DNA from: an uncultured Desulfobacterales bacterium
GTDB taxonomy: Bacteria > Desulfobacterota > DSM-4660 > Desulfatiglandales > HGW-15
Assembly (NCBI GenBank): GCA_964647905.1
Contig: CAZYJR010000019.1
Coordinates: 928 to 64,927 of the forward strand
Length of the DNA: 64,000 nucleotides
Direction of reading: 5' to 3'
Part shown: positions 20,032 through 34,895 of the stretch, piece after piece
Layout: the number at the start of each line of letters is the position of its first letter
How positions within the stretch are numbered: position 1 is the stretch's first letter
Program-made: the position numbers and the translations under genes
The notes under the pieces: model-generated
The model's database searches: none
What the model was told of the DNA's origin: nothing
Seen by the model: only the letters and a program-made list of their open reading frames with translations

Positions 20032-20439
20032 CTAACCCGTCGCCTTGACAAAACGCATCCTCAGGTCGGCCAACATGCTGTCCACGAACTTTTGCTCTTC
20101 CTCTGTCAAATTGCCCTCTGTCTTTTCCCTCAACATGCCTATAGTGTCTATTGTATGCTTGGCCAAGGGCAGACCTTTTGTCTTTTTTCCGGTTTGGGGA
20201 TCCGGGATCTCGCCCAGATGGAAAAGGGCCGAGGAGCTCAGGCTCATGATCAGCGTGCTGAAGCTCACCTCGGGCAGCGGGGGCGTTTCATCCCGGCGCT
20301 GCTCCGAGGCCCCGGCCTCCCCGGCGGGCCGCCCCTGCTGCTCCTGCCCCCCCCTTTCAGCCTCTTCCTTCCTCGGCTCGCCAGTATCGTCAAAAGATCG
20401 CCTGTCCCTTACCACAAAGCCCTTTCCTTCAGTCTCCAT
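20032..20439 (-). CDS. DUF1844 domain-containing protein
   Basis: 135 aa. The segment ..VSFSTLIMSLSSSALFHLGEIPDPQTGKK..L.LAKHTIDTIGMLREKTEGNL..EE is typical of DUF1844. Confidence 0.7.
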   Translation of the reverse strand: METEGKGFVVRDRRSFDDTGEPRKEEAERGGQEQQGRPAGEAGASEQRRDETPPLPEVSFSTLIMSLSSSALFHLGEIPDPQTGKKTKGLPLAKHTIDTIGMLREKTEGNLTEEEQKFVDSMLADLRMRFVKATG

Positions 20440-20484
20440 GGCATCACTCCTTGCTTTCTTTGCGATATTCTTCCCTTATAGGGC

Positions 20485-22065
20485 TCAGAGCTCGATGCGC
20501 CGGGCGGAGTGTACATCCTCGATCCCGCGCAGCCCGGCCAGCACCTCTTCTCCGACCTGCACATGGGTGTAGAGAACACTCACGTTGCGGCCCTTGGCTT
20601 GGTCCTCGCCTACATGCATCCGGTTGATGTTGATACCGTTGTTCCCCAAGGCGGTGCAGATCCGTCCTATCACCCCGGGCCTGTCCTGATTGTATATCAG
20701 CAGCATGTGACCCTCGGGCACCGCTTCCAAATAGAAATCGTTGATGCGCAGGATCCTGGGCAGAGTCCGGCCGAATATGGTCCCTGAAATCACCGACTCC
20801 CCGCCCGCCGAGCGGACCCTCACCATCACCAGGCTGCCGAAATCCTCGGATTCCCTGGAGCGGGTCTCCAAAACCTTGATACCTCGTTCCGAGGCCATCA
20901 AACGGGCATTCACGAAGTTAACGTCGTCCTTCATCACCGGGGTGAGAAAGCCCTTCAGGACTGCGGTGGTCACCGCGCTCAGGTCATGCTCAGTGACCTT
21001 TCCCAAGTACCTGACCTCCACTTCCTCGGCCCCCCCACTGACCACTTGGCCTTGAAAAAGGCCCAGCTTCTCCCCCAGCACAGCGTAAGGGCCCAAAACC
21101 GCCATCAACTCAGGGCTCATGCTGGGGACGTTCACTGCATTCTTCACCCTCCCGTGCAAGAGGTATCCCACCACTTGCTCCGCCACCTCTCTGGCCACAT
21201 TGTCCTGGGCCTCCCTGGTGGAGGCCCCCAGATGGGGCGTACATATGAAGTTGTCGAGCTCCATCAACCGGATGGATCCGGGCGGCTCCGCCGAGAACAC
21301 GTCCAGGGCTGCTCCGCCCAAGTGACCGCCGGCCAGGGCCTCATAGAGCGCATCCTCGTCCACTATGCCGCCGCGAGCACAGTTCACGATCATGGCACCG
21401 GAGTTCATCTTGGAAAAGGCCTCGGCGCCCAATAGCCCGGTCGTCTCATCGGTCCTTGGCACATGAACCGTAACGTAGTCCGCTCTCGCCAGGAGCTCAT
21501 CAAAGGTCACGGGCTCGCAGTCCAAACCTTCTATGATATCCGCCTTCAGGTACGGGTCATAGACCACCACCTTCATCTTCAAGCCTTTGGCCCGATCGGC
21601 GACCACCCGGCCGATCTTGCCCAAGCCCACCAGGCCCAGGACCTTGCCGTACACTTCCCTGCCCTGGTACTTCTTCTTTTCCCATTTCCCGTTCTTGAGA
21701 CTGGCCGTGGCTTGGGGGATGTTGCGGGTCAGAGACATCAACAACGCGACGGCGTGCTCCGCCGTGGTGATTACGTTCCCTTCGGGGGTGTTCATAACCA
21801 CTATACCGCGCCGGCTCGCCGCATCTATATCCACGTTGTCCAGGCCTATACCGGCCCTCCCTATGACCTTGAGCCTATCGGCGGCCTCGATGATCCTGGC
21901 GGTCACCTTGGTCGCGCTCCTGATCACCAGTGCGTCGAACCCACTGATCTCCCGGACCAGATCATCCTCTCCCAGCCCCGTGTTCACCACCGCCTCTACA
22001 CCGGGTGTCTCCTCGAGGACCCTGAGCCCTACATCGGACAACGCATCACTAACAAGAACCTTCAT
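20485..22065 (-). CDS. serA: D-3-phosphoglycerate dehydrogenase (long form with ASB and ACT domains)
   Basis: MKVLVSDALSDVGLRVL.., NAD motif GLVGLGKIGRVVA, and a C-terminal ACT region. ATG 22065 is preceded by AAGGAGG. Confidence 0.9.
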   Translation of the reverse strand: MKVLVSDALSDVGLRVLEETPGVEAVVNTGLGEDDLVREISGFDALVIRSATKVTARIIEAADRLKVIGRAGIGLDNVDIDAASRRGIVVMNTPEGNVITTAEHAVALLMSLTRNIPQATASLKNGKWEKKKYQGREVYGKVLGLVGLGKIGRVVADRAKGLKMKVVVYDPYLKADIIEGLDCEPVTFDELLARADYVTVHVPRTDETTGLLGAEAFSKMNSGAMIVNCARGGIVDEDALYEALAGGHLGGAALDVFSAEPPGSIRLMELDNFICTPHLGASTREAQDNVAREVAEQVVGYLLHGRVKNAVNVPSMSPELMAVLGPYAVLGEKLGLFQGQVVSGGAEEVEVRYLGKVTEHDLSAVTTAVLKGFLTPVMKDDVNFVNARLMASERGIKVLETRSRESEDFGSLVMVRVRSAGGESVISGTIFGRTLPRILRINDFYLEAVPEGHMLLIYNQDRPGVIGRICTALGNNGININRMHVGEDQAKGRNVSVLYTHVQVGEEVLAGLRGIEDVHSARRIEL

Positions 22066-22232
22066 CCCCGCCTCCTTCCTTTGGAACACTACCGCACCAC
22101 CCGCAAAGATCGCTTTCACGGCTCCGAAGCGGCATCCGCCTTAAACTCCCGATTCTACCACCCGAGCCCTCGATGTCAAGATACTCCAGTGGCTCAATAA
22201 CCTGAAACAGCCTGAAATACCTGTATCTTCTC

Positions 22233-26885
<4,653 letters not shown>

Positions 26886-26917
26886 ATCGAGCCTCCTTCT
26901 CTTCCTCCCGGACCGGT

Positions 26918-28471
26918 TCAGCCCCGCGCCGTGGCCCTAAGGGAGAAATAGTCCGACACGGCTTCGGTCAGGCCCTCTATTGTATACACGGGCGCGGTCA
27001 CCGTCACCTCGAACCCATGCTCCACGGCTGTCTTCGCGGTAATCGGTCCGATGCAGGCGACCGCCACCCCTTGCATCCACTCCCCCGGCCCGCCCGGGTC
27101 TCCAGCGAACATACGAGCGAAGTTGCTCACCGTGGACGAGCTGGTGAAAGTCACCATGTCTATCCGGCCCTGCTCCAGCATGGACCGGACTCCCCGCGCA
27201 TCAGCCTCCGGGAGTATGGTCCTGTAGGCCGGCACCACCTCCACCCCGGCCCCCATGCGCTCCAGCTCTACAGGGAGTATCTCCCTGGCGGTCTCCGCCC
27301 TCGGGATCAGGATCCTCGCTCCGTCCAGGGAGTCCTGTCCCAGGGCCTCCACTACGGCCTCTGCACGGTACTCCCCCGGGACCAGATCGGGAATGATTCC
27401 CCGCATCCGAAGGGCTTCGGCCGTTGCCGGGCCGATGGCGCCTATCCGGGCGCCTCCCAGGGCCCTCGCGTCCAATCCCTTGCCGGCCATTCGTTCGAAG
27501 AAAGACCGCACGCCGTTGGCACTGGTGAACAGGACCCAAGTGTATCGGCTCAAGGATTCCACGGCCGCGTCCAGCGGCTCCCAGGTCTCCGGAGGGACCA
27601 CCTCGATGGTGGGGAACTGGATGCATTCGGCACCCAGTTCGGCCAGCCTCTCCACCAGCACGCCGGCCTGGGCCCTGGCCCTGGTGACCAAAATGCGCCT
27701 GCCGAAAAGCGGGCGCTTCTCGAACCAGGCCAGCTCCTCCCTGAGTGATACGACCTCGCCCACCACGATCACCGCCGGAGGTTTGATGCCCTGCTCCAGG
27801 ACCACACCGGCTATCTCTCCCAGAGGGGCGGTGACCGTCCGCTGCTCGGCCACGGTGCCCCGGCGTATCACAGCCACCGGAGTCTCGGCCGGGCGGCCGT
27901 GCTCCATAAGCCTCTGCGCGATTGCGGGCAGGTTTCCAACCCCCATCAGGAAGACCAGCGTCCCGGCCCCTGTGCTGAGGCGATCCCACGCGATGCTCGA
28001 ACCCTCCTTGGACGGGTCCTCGTGGCCGGTCACAAAGGCGGCGGTGGCCGTAATGTCCCTGTGGGTGAGGGGGATGCCCGCGTACGCGGGGACCCCCACC
28101 GCGGAAGTGACTCCGGGGACCACCTCAAAGCGGATCCCGCACCGGGCCAACTCCCGGGCCTCCTCCCCGCCCCGGCCGAAAACGAAGGGATCGCCCCCTT
28201 TGAGGCGCACCACGACCCTTCCCATCAGGGCGAGTTCCACCATGAGGGCGTTTATCTCCTCCTGGCCGCGCGAATGGTCGCCGGCCTTTTTCCCCACATA
28301 GATGAGCTCAGCGTCCGGCCGGGCGTACTCCAGGAGGGCCGGGCTTGCGAGGTAATCATAGACGACCGCGTCCGCCTTGGCCATGCACTCCCGCCCTCTG
28401 ATCGTCAGCAGCCCCGGGTCTCCGGGCCCCGCTCCCACCAGATATACCATCCCTCTCTCAATCGGTCTCAT
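26918..28471 (-). CDS. cobA: bifunctional uroporphyrinogen-III C-methyltransferase / uroporphyrinogen-III synthase
   Basis: The N-terminal SUMT domain has VYLVGAGPGDPGLLT... The C-terminal ~250 aa are HemD-like. GGAGGGGG RBS before ATG 28471. It lies in a hemC-linked siroheme/tetrapyrrole cluster. Confidence 0.85.
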   Translation of the reverse strand: MRPIERGMVYLVGAGPGDPGLLTIRGRECMAKADAVVYDYLASPALLEYARPDAELIYVGKKAGDHSRGQEEINALMVELALMGRVVVRLKGGDPFVFGRGGEEARELARCGIRFEVVPGVTSAVGVPAYAGIPLTHRDITATAAFVTGHEDPSKEGSSIAWDRLSTGAGTLVFLMGVGNLPAIAQRLMEHGRPAETPVAVIRRGTVAEQRTVTAPLGEIAGVVLEQGIKPPAVIVVGEVVSLREELAWFEKRPLFGRRILVTRARAQAGVLVERLAELGAECIQFPTIEVVPPETWEPLDAAVESLSRYTWVLFTSANGVRSFFERMAGKGLDARALGGARIGAIGPATAEALRMRGIIPDLVPGEYRAEAVVEALGQDSLDGARILIPRAETAREILPVELERMGAGVEVVPAYRTILPEADARGVRSMLEQGRIDMVTFTSSSTVSNFARMFAGDPGGPGEWMQGVAVACIGPITAKTAVEHGFEVTVTAPVYTIEGLTEAVSDYFSLRATARG

Positions 28472-29447
28472 CCGCGCCCCCTCCGGTTGCCGGGGCGGCT
28501 TTCCCGGCCAGGCAGCCGTCGCCCGAACCCCGGTAGATGCGATCCAATATGTGCCCCCCTCCGGAGGAAAGAATCCGCGCGGCCAGAGCTCTCCCCAGAT
28601 CCTCGGGCCGCATCTTGTCTCCTGAGACCCGGTCCGCTATCACCCTGCTCCCGTCCAGCTCCGCCACCAAACCACTCAGGACCACCCTGTCCCCTTCCAG
28701 GACCGCGTGTCCGGCTATCGGCACCTGGCATCCGCCCTCGAGGTCCCGGAGAAAGGCCCGCTCGGCCCTCACCCTCAGCTCGGTCTCCTGATGATTGATG
28801 AATGCGAGCAATTCCCGGGTTCGGGTGTCGTCCTCGCGCATCTCCAACCCCAGAGCGCCCTGGCCCACGGCCGGGAGGACCAGGCTCACCGGGAGCGCCT
28901 GGGTGATCCCGGCCCCCAATCCGAGACGATTGAGACCGGCGGCGGCCAGGACCACGGCGTCAAGATCGCCCGAGCCCAGCTTGGCCAGGCGCGTGTCCAC
29001 GTTCCCGCGCAAAGAAAGAATTCTCAGATCGGGGCGCATGCTCAGGAGCTGCGCTGAGCGCCTGAGACTGCTGGTTCCCACCCTGGCTCCCCGCGCCAGG
29101 TCCTGGAACCCCGCGCATCCCGAGGTTGCTATCAGGGCGTCCCTGGGGTCCTCCCTGCGGGGAAAGGCCGCTAGGCAGAGCCCCTCGGGCAGCTCCGCAG
29201 GGACGTCCTTCATGCTGTGGACAGCCACGTCCACCCGGCCTTGGAGGAGCGCTTCCTCGATCTCCTTTACGAAGAGGCCTTTCCCGCCAACCAAGCTCAG
29301 GGGCGAGTCCAGGATCTTGTCGCCCTTGGTCTTTATGCGCACCAGCTCCACACGCACCCCAGGGTCATGCTCCCGGATCCTGCTCCTCACCCACTCGCTC
29401 TGCGCCAGAGCCAGGCGGCTCCCCCGCGTCCCGATTCGAACCATCAT
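28458..29447 (-). CDS. hemC: hydroxymethylbilane synthase (porphobilinogen deaminase)
   Basis: MVRIGTRGSRLALAQSEWV.., ..HSMKDVP.., and the C-terminal cofactor Cys region ..LEGGCQVPIAG... Confidence 0.9.
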   Translation of the reverse strand: MMVRIGTRGSRLALAQSEWVRSRIREHDPGVRVELVRIKTKGDKILDSPLSLVGGKGLFVKEIEEALLQGRVDVAVHSMKDVPAELPEGLCLAAFPRREDPRDALIATSGCAGFQDLARGARVGTSSLRRSAQLLSMRPDLRILSLRGNVDTRLAKLGSGDLDAVVLAAAGLNRLGLGAGITQALPVSLVLPAVGQGALGLEMREDDTRTRELLAFINHQETELRVRAERAFLRDLEGGCQVPIAGHAVLEGDRVVLSGLVAELDGSRVIADRVSGDKMRPEDLGRALAARILSSGGGHILDRIYRGSGDGCLAGKAAPATGGGADETD

Positions 29448-30220
29448 CGACCTATGACTCCACTGTCCGGGGTGTCCGCCGCCCGCCTGTCCAACAGATA
29501 CCGGGCAAGGGCCAAGTCGCCGGGGGTGGTCACCTTGATGTTGTCCTCATCTCCGTCCATGACAGTGACCGTTATCCCGGCCCGCTCCACCAATTGAGCA
29601 TCGTCCGAGGCCTCGTCCCATGCCTCGTCTTGGGCCCTCTTGTGGACATCCCGCAGGAGCCCGGCGTGGAACGCCTGGGGGGTCTGAACCAGCCTGAGGA
29701 GGGAACGATCCAGGGTCCGAACCACCAGCCGCCCTTGCCCCGGGTCCACCTCCTTGACCGTGTCCCTGGCCGGCACTGCGGCCACCGCCGCGCCGTGTTC
29801 AATGGCCCCTGAGACGATACGCTCTATCAATGCGGGCCGAACCAGGGGGCGCACCCCGTCGTGGACCACTATGACCCGGCAGAGACCGGTGCAGGCCTCC
29901 AGGCCCATGCGAACCGAGTCCTGCCTCCTCCCCCCTCCGGCCACCACCCGGCTGACCTTTGTCAATCCGTATTGCTCCACGATACCGGCCCGGCAATAAT
30001 CCAGGGCCTCTTCCGGGGCCACCAGGACCACGCGCCCCACTATCGGGCAGGACTGAAACGCCTCCAGGGTTACGGCCAATACGGGGCGACCGCCCAGCTC
30101 CATGAACTGCTTGGGCCGCCCTGAGCCCATACGCACACCCGCACCCGCAGCAGGGACCACTGCGACCACCCCTTCGCCCTCGCGGCTCTCCCCGATTGCT
30201 CGCCCGGACCTCATCCACAC
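29444..30220 (-). CDS. ispD: 2-C-methyl-D-erythritol 4-phosphate cytidylyltransferase
   Basis: ..VVAVVPAAGAGVRMGSGRPKQFMELGGRPVL.. is the IspD signature. The stop overlaps the hemC start. Confidence 0.85.
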   Translation of the reverse strand: MWMRSGRAIGESREGEGVVAVVPAAGAGVRMGSGRPKQFMELGGRPVLAVTLEAFQSCPIVGRVVLVAPEEALDYCRAGIVEQYGLTKVSRVVAGGGRRQDSVRMGLEACTGLCRVIVVHDGVRPLVRPALIERIVSGAIEHGAAVAAVPARDTVKEVDPGQGRLVVRTLDRSLLRLVQTPQAFHAGLLRDVHKRAQDEAWDEASDDAQLVERAGITVTVMDGDEDNIKVTTPGDLALARYLLDRRAADTPDSGVIGR

Positions 30221-30308
30221 CCCTGCGGGGCCGCAAAAAAAGAGGCCTCCCTCAAGGCCTCGGCACCCCTTCTCATGGCTTGGGATTTAATGTGGACCCG
30301 TCCGCCGC

Positions 30309-30710
30309 TCAGGCCCGGGCCGCTTTCCTTGTCTGCTTCTTCAAGCGATTCATTTGGCGCCTGAGGACTTCCACCCTGGCCTTGTCATCCGCCTCCCTGG
30401 CCTCCTGCTTCTCCCGCCTTATCCGGGCGATCTTCTCCTTGAGCTCCTTTACCGTGGCCCCGGTCTTGGTGCGCTTCCTCGTCGAGGGCCCCTTTTCCTC
30501 CAGGTCCCAAGCCTCCCTTATGAGGCTCAGGAGCTCTTCCTTTTTCATCGCGTGCACGCCGCTCACGCCCGGGATCTCCATGGCCACCTCTCGGAGCTCG
30601 GTCGCCGTCATCTTCTCCAGGGGCTTTCCGATCTCCTGGTGCTTCTGCTTGGACTTGGCCATGAGGTCTTCTTGTTTCTTGTCTTGCTGTTGAGTGTTTT
30701 CCTCTTCCAT
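30309..30710 (-). CDS. small basic protein with Rho_N/SAP-like helix-extended-helix motif
   Basis: ..MTATELREVAMEIPGVSGVHAMKKEELLSLIREA.. resembles the Rho N-terminal/SAP motif. The C-terminus is Lys/Arg/Glu-rich and coiled-coil-like. The start is uncertain: ATG 30710 has GGAG upstream, while the track ORF starts at TTG 30734. Confidence 0.5.
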   Translation of the reverse strand: MEEENTQQQDKKQEDLMAKSKQKHQEIGKPLEKMTATELREVAMEIPGVSGVHAMKKEELLSLIREAWDLEEKGPSTRKRTKTGATVKELKEKIARIRREKQEAREADDKARVEVLRRQMNRLKKQTRKAARA

Positions 30711-30770
30711 GGTGCTTCTTGCTCCTTTGTTCAAATTCGAATCGGCCGGTCTCCTTCCCCGGCCTCGGGT

Positions 30771-31508
30771 TTACGACTTCTTCAAAAAGGGAGAGAGCAG
30801 ATCAATGGGAATGGGGAAAAGCGTGGTGGAGTTCCCCTGTGACGCTATCTCCCTCAGGGTCTGGAGGTACCTCAGCTGCAGGGCCTCAGGATACCTCCTG
30901 ATGATCTCCGCAGCATCGGCCAGCCGGTTGGCCGCCTGGTATTCGGCCTCCGCACCGATCACCTTGGCGCGCCGCTCCCGCTCGGCTTCCGCCTGCCGGG
31001 CCATGGAGCGCTGCATCTCGTCCGGCAGGTCGATGTGTTTCACCTCCACGGTGGTCACCTTGATTCCCCACGGGTCAGTGTGGGTGTCCAGAATCTCCTG
31101 GAGCCTGGCGTTGATCTTGTCCCGCTCCGCCAGTAGCTCGTCCAGCTCCACCTGGCCGCACACGCTCCTCAGGGTGGTCTGAGACAACTGGGAGGTGGCG
31201 AAGAGGTAATTCTCCACCTCCACCGTGGCGCTGGTGGGATTCATGACCCGGAAATAGATCACCGCGTTCACCTTCACCGAGACGTTGTCCCGGGTTATCA
31301 CATCCTGGGAGGGCACGTCCATGGCCACCAGGCGGAGGCTCACCTTGACCATCTTGTCTATCACCGGGATCAGGATGATCAGACCGGGTCCCTTGGTCTT
31401 TATCACCCGACCGAGACGAAAGATCACGCCCCTTTCATACTCCTTGAGTATCCTCAAGGCCGAGGCGAGAAACATCACCACGAGCACGAGCGCCAGGATG
31501 TAAAACAT
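30771..31508 (-). CDS. SPFH/Band 7 (stomatin-like) membrane protein
   Basis: N-terminal TM segment followed by ..[27 protein letters not shown].. and the rest of an SPFH domain. 245 aa. Confidence 0.85.
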   Translation of the reverse strand: MFYILALVLVVMFLASALRILKEYERGVIFRLGRVIKTKGPGLIILIPVIDKMVKVSLRLVAMDVPSQDVITRDNVSVKVNAVIYFRVMNPTSATVEVENYLFATSQLSQTTLRSVCGQVELDELLAERDKINARLQEILDTHTDPWGIKVTTVEVKHIDLPDEMQRSMARQAEAERERRAKVIGAEAEYQAANRLADAAEIIRRYPEALQLRYLQTLREIASQGNSTTLFPIPIDLLSPFLKKS

Positions 31509-31607
31509 GGCCTACCTCCTTCTTCTCTGGCAGAGCCCAAGACTCTTACCAGGAGCAAGTCCGCTTTGCAACCCGCAGGCGCAGCAGGGGCACAGGCAAA
31601 GGAAGAA

Positions 31608-32933
31608 TCAGAGAGCGGACCCGGATCTTTTCTGCTCGACCCGGCGCACCTCCAGGACCAGCCCTCGCATGCCCACGACCTCCACCTGCTCTCCCGGATC
31701 CAGGGCCTGATCCGACCGGGCCCGCCAAGCCTCCCCCCGGACCATTACCACACCCTCGGGGTCTATGCGTTTTTGAACCGACCCGGTGACCCCGAGCATG
31801 CCCTCGGCCCCCCCCATGGGCTTGGTTCGATAGGCCCTGAAGGCCAGCCAGGCCACGGCCACGAAAAATCCTCCCACCAATGCGATGGTCGGGGCCATAA
31901 CACGGATCGAGACTGATACCTCCTCGAAGAGCATGATAGAGCCCAGGGTCAGGGAAATCAATCCGCCCACCGATAGCAGCCCGTAGCTGGTCACCTTTAT
32001 CTCGGCGATGAAAAAGATTATGGCCAGGGCTATGAGGAGCAGGCCGGCATAATTGACCGGAAGGGTTTGAAAAGAGAAAAAGGCCAGTATCAGTGAGATG
32101 GCGCCTATCACCCCGGGCAGGAGCGCCCCGGGGTGGCTGAGCTCGAAATAGAGGCCGGCGAGCCCGATCATCATCAGGATATAGGCGATATTGGGATCGC
32201 TTATGGTCTCCAGGATCCGGTCCCTGAGATCCGGGCGGTAATGGACCCTCTCCAGCTCCGCGGTCTCCAGGACAACGGTTCGGCCGCCCGAGGCCACCTC
32301 CCGCTGGTCGAGCCGTCGGAACAGGTCGTCCATGTCCTCGGCGATCAGGTCCACCACCCCCTTTTCCAAGGCCTCTTCGGCGGTGATCGATACGCTCTCC
32401 CTGATCGCCTTCTCCACCCACTCGCCGTTCCGCCCCCTCTCCTCGGCGATCCCCCTTCCGTAGGCGGCCATGTCATTGACCACCTTCCGGGACATCTCCT
32501 GGTCTATGTCCTTGCCCCCGGCTCCCACAGGATGCGCCGCACCGATGTTGGTGCCGGGGGCCATTGCGGCGACGTGCCCGGCCACCGTCACCATAACCCC
32601 GGCGGACGCCGCTCCCGCCCCCTTGGGGCCCACATATACCACCACGGGCACCGTGGAATTCATGATGGCCTTTACCATGGTGCGCATGGAGGAAGCCAAT
32701 CCTCCCGGGGTGTCCAAGCGCAGGACCACGAGTTCGGCATCCTTCTCCGCCGCCCGTCTTATTCCCCTCGCCACATACATGGCCGTACCCGGGCTTATGG
32801 CGGCGTCCAACTCCAGGATCACGGCCTTGCCCGCGACCTCCTCCCCGTAGCATGCATCGGCCCGGAGGAATGCCGCAAATGCCGCCAAGAGCCCGTAAAG
32901 GAACAGACACGCGAGCCGGCGCGTATCACTCAT
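31608..32933 (-). CDS. NfeD-family membrane-bound ClpP-class serine protease
   Basis: Signal peptide, ClpP-like domain (..VVLRLDTPGG..), a block of TM helices and a C-terminal NfeD OB domain. It is paired with the SPFH gene, as is typical. Confidence 0.85.
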   Translation of the reverse strand: MSDTRRLACLFLYGLLAAFAAFLRADACYGEEVAGKAVILELDAAISPGTAMYVARGIRRAAEKDAELVVLRLDTPGGLASSMRTMVKAIMNSTVPVVVYVGPKGAGAASAGVMVTVAGHVAAMAPGTNIGAAHPVGAGGKDIDQEMSRKVVNDMAAYGRGIAEERGRNGEWVEKAIRESVSITAEEALEKGVVDLIAEDMDDLFRRLDQREVASGGRTVVLETAELERVHYRPDLRDRILETISDPNIAYILMMIGLAGLYFELSHPGALLPGVIGAISLILAFFSFQTLPVNYAGLLLIALAIIFFIAEIKVTSYGLLSVGGLISLTLGSIMLFEEVSVSIRVMAPTIALVGGFFVAVAWLAFRAYRTKPMGGAEGMLGVTGSVQKRIDPEGVVMVRGEAWRARSDQALDPGEQVEVVGMRGLVLEVRRVEQKRSGSAL

Positions 32934-33606
32934 CCCTTCGCCCTCCCAGTCCCAGGATCTTCATTATCTCCTGTACGTCCCTCCACACGGGCCGCTTGGC
33001 CTCCGCGTTTCTCAGAAGGTAGGCCGGATGAAAGGTGGGCATCACGGGTATCCCCATGAACCGCGACCACCGCCCCCTGTCCCTGGTCATGGAAAACCCT
33101 TCTCCCAGCAGCTCCCTGCCGGCGACCCGACCCAGGGTGCATATCACCTTGGGTGCGATGAGCTCTATCTGCCGCTCGAGAAAAGGGAAACACTCCCGGA
33201 TCTCCTCGGCCAGAGGATCCCTGTTCCTGGGGGGCCTGCACTTGACCACATTGCAGATGTACACATCCTCCCTTGTCAAGCCCATCGCGCGGATTATCCG
33301 GGTCAGAAGCCCCCCGGCCTCTCCCACGAACGGTCTCCCTGCGCGGTCCTCTTCCCGCCCCGGACCCTCGCCCACAAAGACCAGATCGGCCCTCGAGTCA
33401 CCCTCGCCGAAGACTATATGAGTCCTGCCGGTGTGGAGCGGGCAGCGGCGGCACTCCCCCAGCATCTTCCGGAGCTCCTCCAGGGATTCAGCCGCGCCCA
33501 AGGTTACACCCCGGGCATCCGGGCCCGAGAGTGGCCGGGCATCCATGTATTCAGGCACCCTGGAGGAGATCAAAGGGGGGTCCAGGCCCAGGTCCCTCCC
33601 GGCCAT
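32926..33606 (-). CDS. udg: uracil-DNA glycosylase, family 4
   Basis: ..CRRCPLHTGRTHIVFGEGDSRADLVFVGEGPGREEDRAGRPFVGEAGGLL..ICNVVKCRPP..NRDP.. are family-4 UDG motifs. The start is taken at ATG 33606. A non-ATG start further upstream is possible. The track ORF's Gly/Arg-rich 157-aa extension overlaps coaBC. Confidence 0.8.
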   Translation of the reverse strand: MAGRDLGLDPPLISSRVPEYMDARPLSGPDARGVTLGAAESLEELRKMLGECRRCPLHTGRTHIVFGEGDSRADLVFVGEGPGREEDRAGRPFVGEAGGLLTRIIRAMGLTREDVYICNVVKCRPPRNRDPLAEEIRECFPFLERQIELIAPKVICTLGRVAGRELLGEGFSMTRDRGRWSRFMGIPVMPTFHPAYLLRNAEAKRPVWRDVQEIMKILGLGGRRDE

Positions 33607-33638
33607 GAGCAGGTCCTTGAGGGCCTGAACGGCCCTTT

Positions 33639-34856
33639 TCAGCTCGCGCCGCCCGTCCGCCGGGCCGTCCAAAGGTCTCGAACCCGATCCAGTATGCAAT
33701 CGGCCACCTCGTCCTTGGTCATCATTGGCATGTCCTCCACCCGCCCGTCGCGGTGGAGGAACTTGACCAAATTGGTGTCTGTCTCGAATCCGGCGTCCTC
33801 CCTGGAGACGTCGTTCGCCACCACCATGTCCACGTTTTTCTTTTCCAGTTTTTCCCTGGCGTGACTCACCAGGGACTCGGTCTCGGCTGCAAAGCCCACG
33901 AGCAGGCATGGGGAATTTTCCCTCAGACGCCCAAGCTCCGCCAGTATGTCCGGGGTCCGCACCAACTCGATCACCTGCGTCTCCCGGGCGCCCTTCTTGA
34001 TCTTCTGATCTGCGGATTCCTTCGGCCGGTAGTCCGATACCGCAGCCGCCTTGATCACCGCATCGCACCCCTCCCACTCGGCCATGACCGCGCGCCTCAT
34101 CTCCTCGGCCGAGCGCACCCCTATGTGAGCGACTCCCAGAGGGGGATTCAAGGCGCCGGGACCGCTCACCAGGATCACTTCCGCCCCCCGCCTGCGGGCC
34201 GCCCCGGCCAGGGCGTATCCCATCTTGCCGCTGGAGCGGTTGGTGATGAACCTCACCGGGTCTATTGCCTCCATGGTTGCCCCGGCTGTCACCATCAGCC
34301 TCCTGCCTGCGAGATCCTTCGGAGACAAGAGCCAGGCGGCCCTCTCAATGATGTCCTCGACCTCGGGCAGCCTTCCGGGTCCCTCGGCCCTGCAGGCCAG
34401 CCCGCCCGTACCGGGCTCCATGAGGCTTACGCCCCGTTCGATCAGTATACGGATGTTCTCCTGTACCGCAGGGTTTTGGTACATGTGGGTGTTCATGGCC
34501 GGACAGATCAGGACCGGCGCGGTGGCTGCAACCGCCATGGTGGACAGGAAGTCGTCCGCCGTCCCCCGGGCCGCCTTGGCCAAGAAATTCGCCGTGGCCG
34601 GGGCCACCAGCACCAGGTCGGTATCCTGGCCCCATTGGATATGGTCCATGGGTCCGGTGCCCGGATCGAACATCCCGGTTATCACCCGGCGCCCGGAGAG
34701 GGCCTCGAAGGTGAGCGGGGTCACGAACCGGGCGGCGTTCCGGGTCATGGCCACCCTGGTCTCGGCCCCTTCCGTTACCAGCCGCCGGAGGATTTCCGCC
34801 GCCTTATAAGCGGCGATCCCTCCGGTCACTCCCAATGTGACGCGCTTTCCCTTCAT
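33639..34856 (-). CDS. coaBC: bifunctional phosphopantothenoylcysteine decarboxylase / phosphopantothenate-cysteine ligase
   Basis: MKGKRVTLGVTGGIAAYKAAEILRRL.. flavoprotein domain followed by a CoaB domain (..ITNRSSGKMGYALA..). 405 aa. Confidence 0.9.
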   Translation of the reverse strand: MKGKRVTLGVTGGIAAYKAAEILRRLVTEGAETRVAMTRNAARFVTPLTFEALSGRRVITGMFDPGTGPMDHIQWGQDTDLVLVAPATANFLAKAARGTADDFLSTMAVAATAPVLICPAMNTHMYQNPAVQENIRILIERGVSLMEPGTGGLACRAEGPGRLPEVEDIIERAAWLLSPKDLAGRRLMVTAGATMEAIDPVRFITNRSSGKMGYALAGAARRRGAEVILVSGPGALNPPLGVAHIGVRSAEEMRRAVMAEWEGCDAVIKAAAVSDYRPKESADQKIKKGARETQVIELVRTPDILAELGRLRENSPCLLVGFAAETESLVSHAREKLEKKNVDMVVANDVSREDAGFETDTNLVKFLHRDGRVEDMPMMTKDEVADCILDRVRDLWTARRTGGAS

Positions 34857-34895
34857 ACTTCCCCGCCGGCCTCTCTCGGCCGCCGCGCATTGCTT

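Noticed and set aside
32926-34077. Full 383-aa ORF as the uracil-DNA glycosylase
   Set aside because: The first ~157 residues are Gly/Arg-rich and overlap coaBC in another frame. Family-4 UDG homology starts near residue 160.
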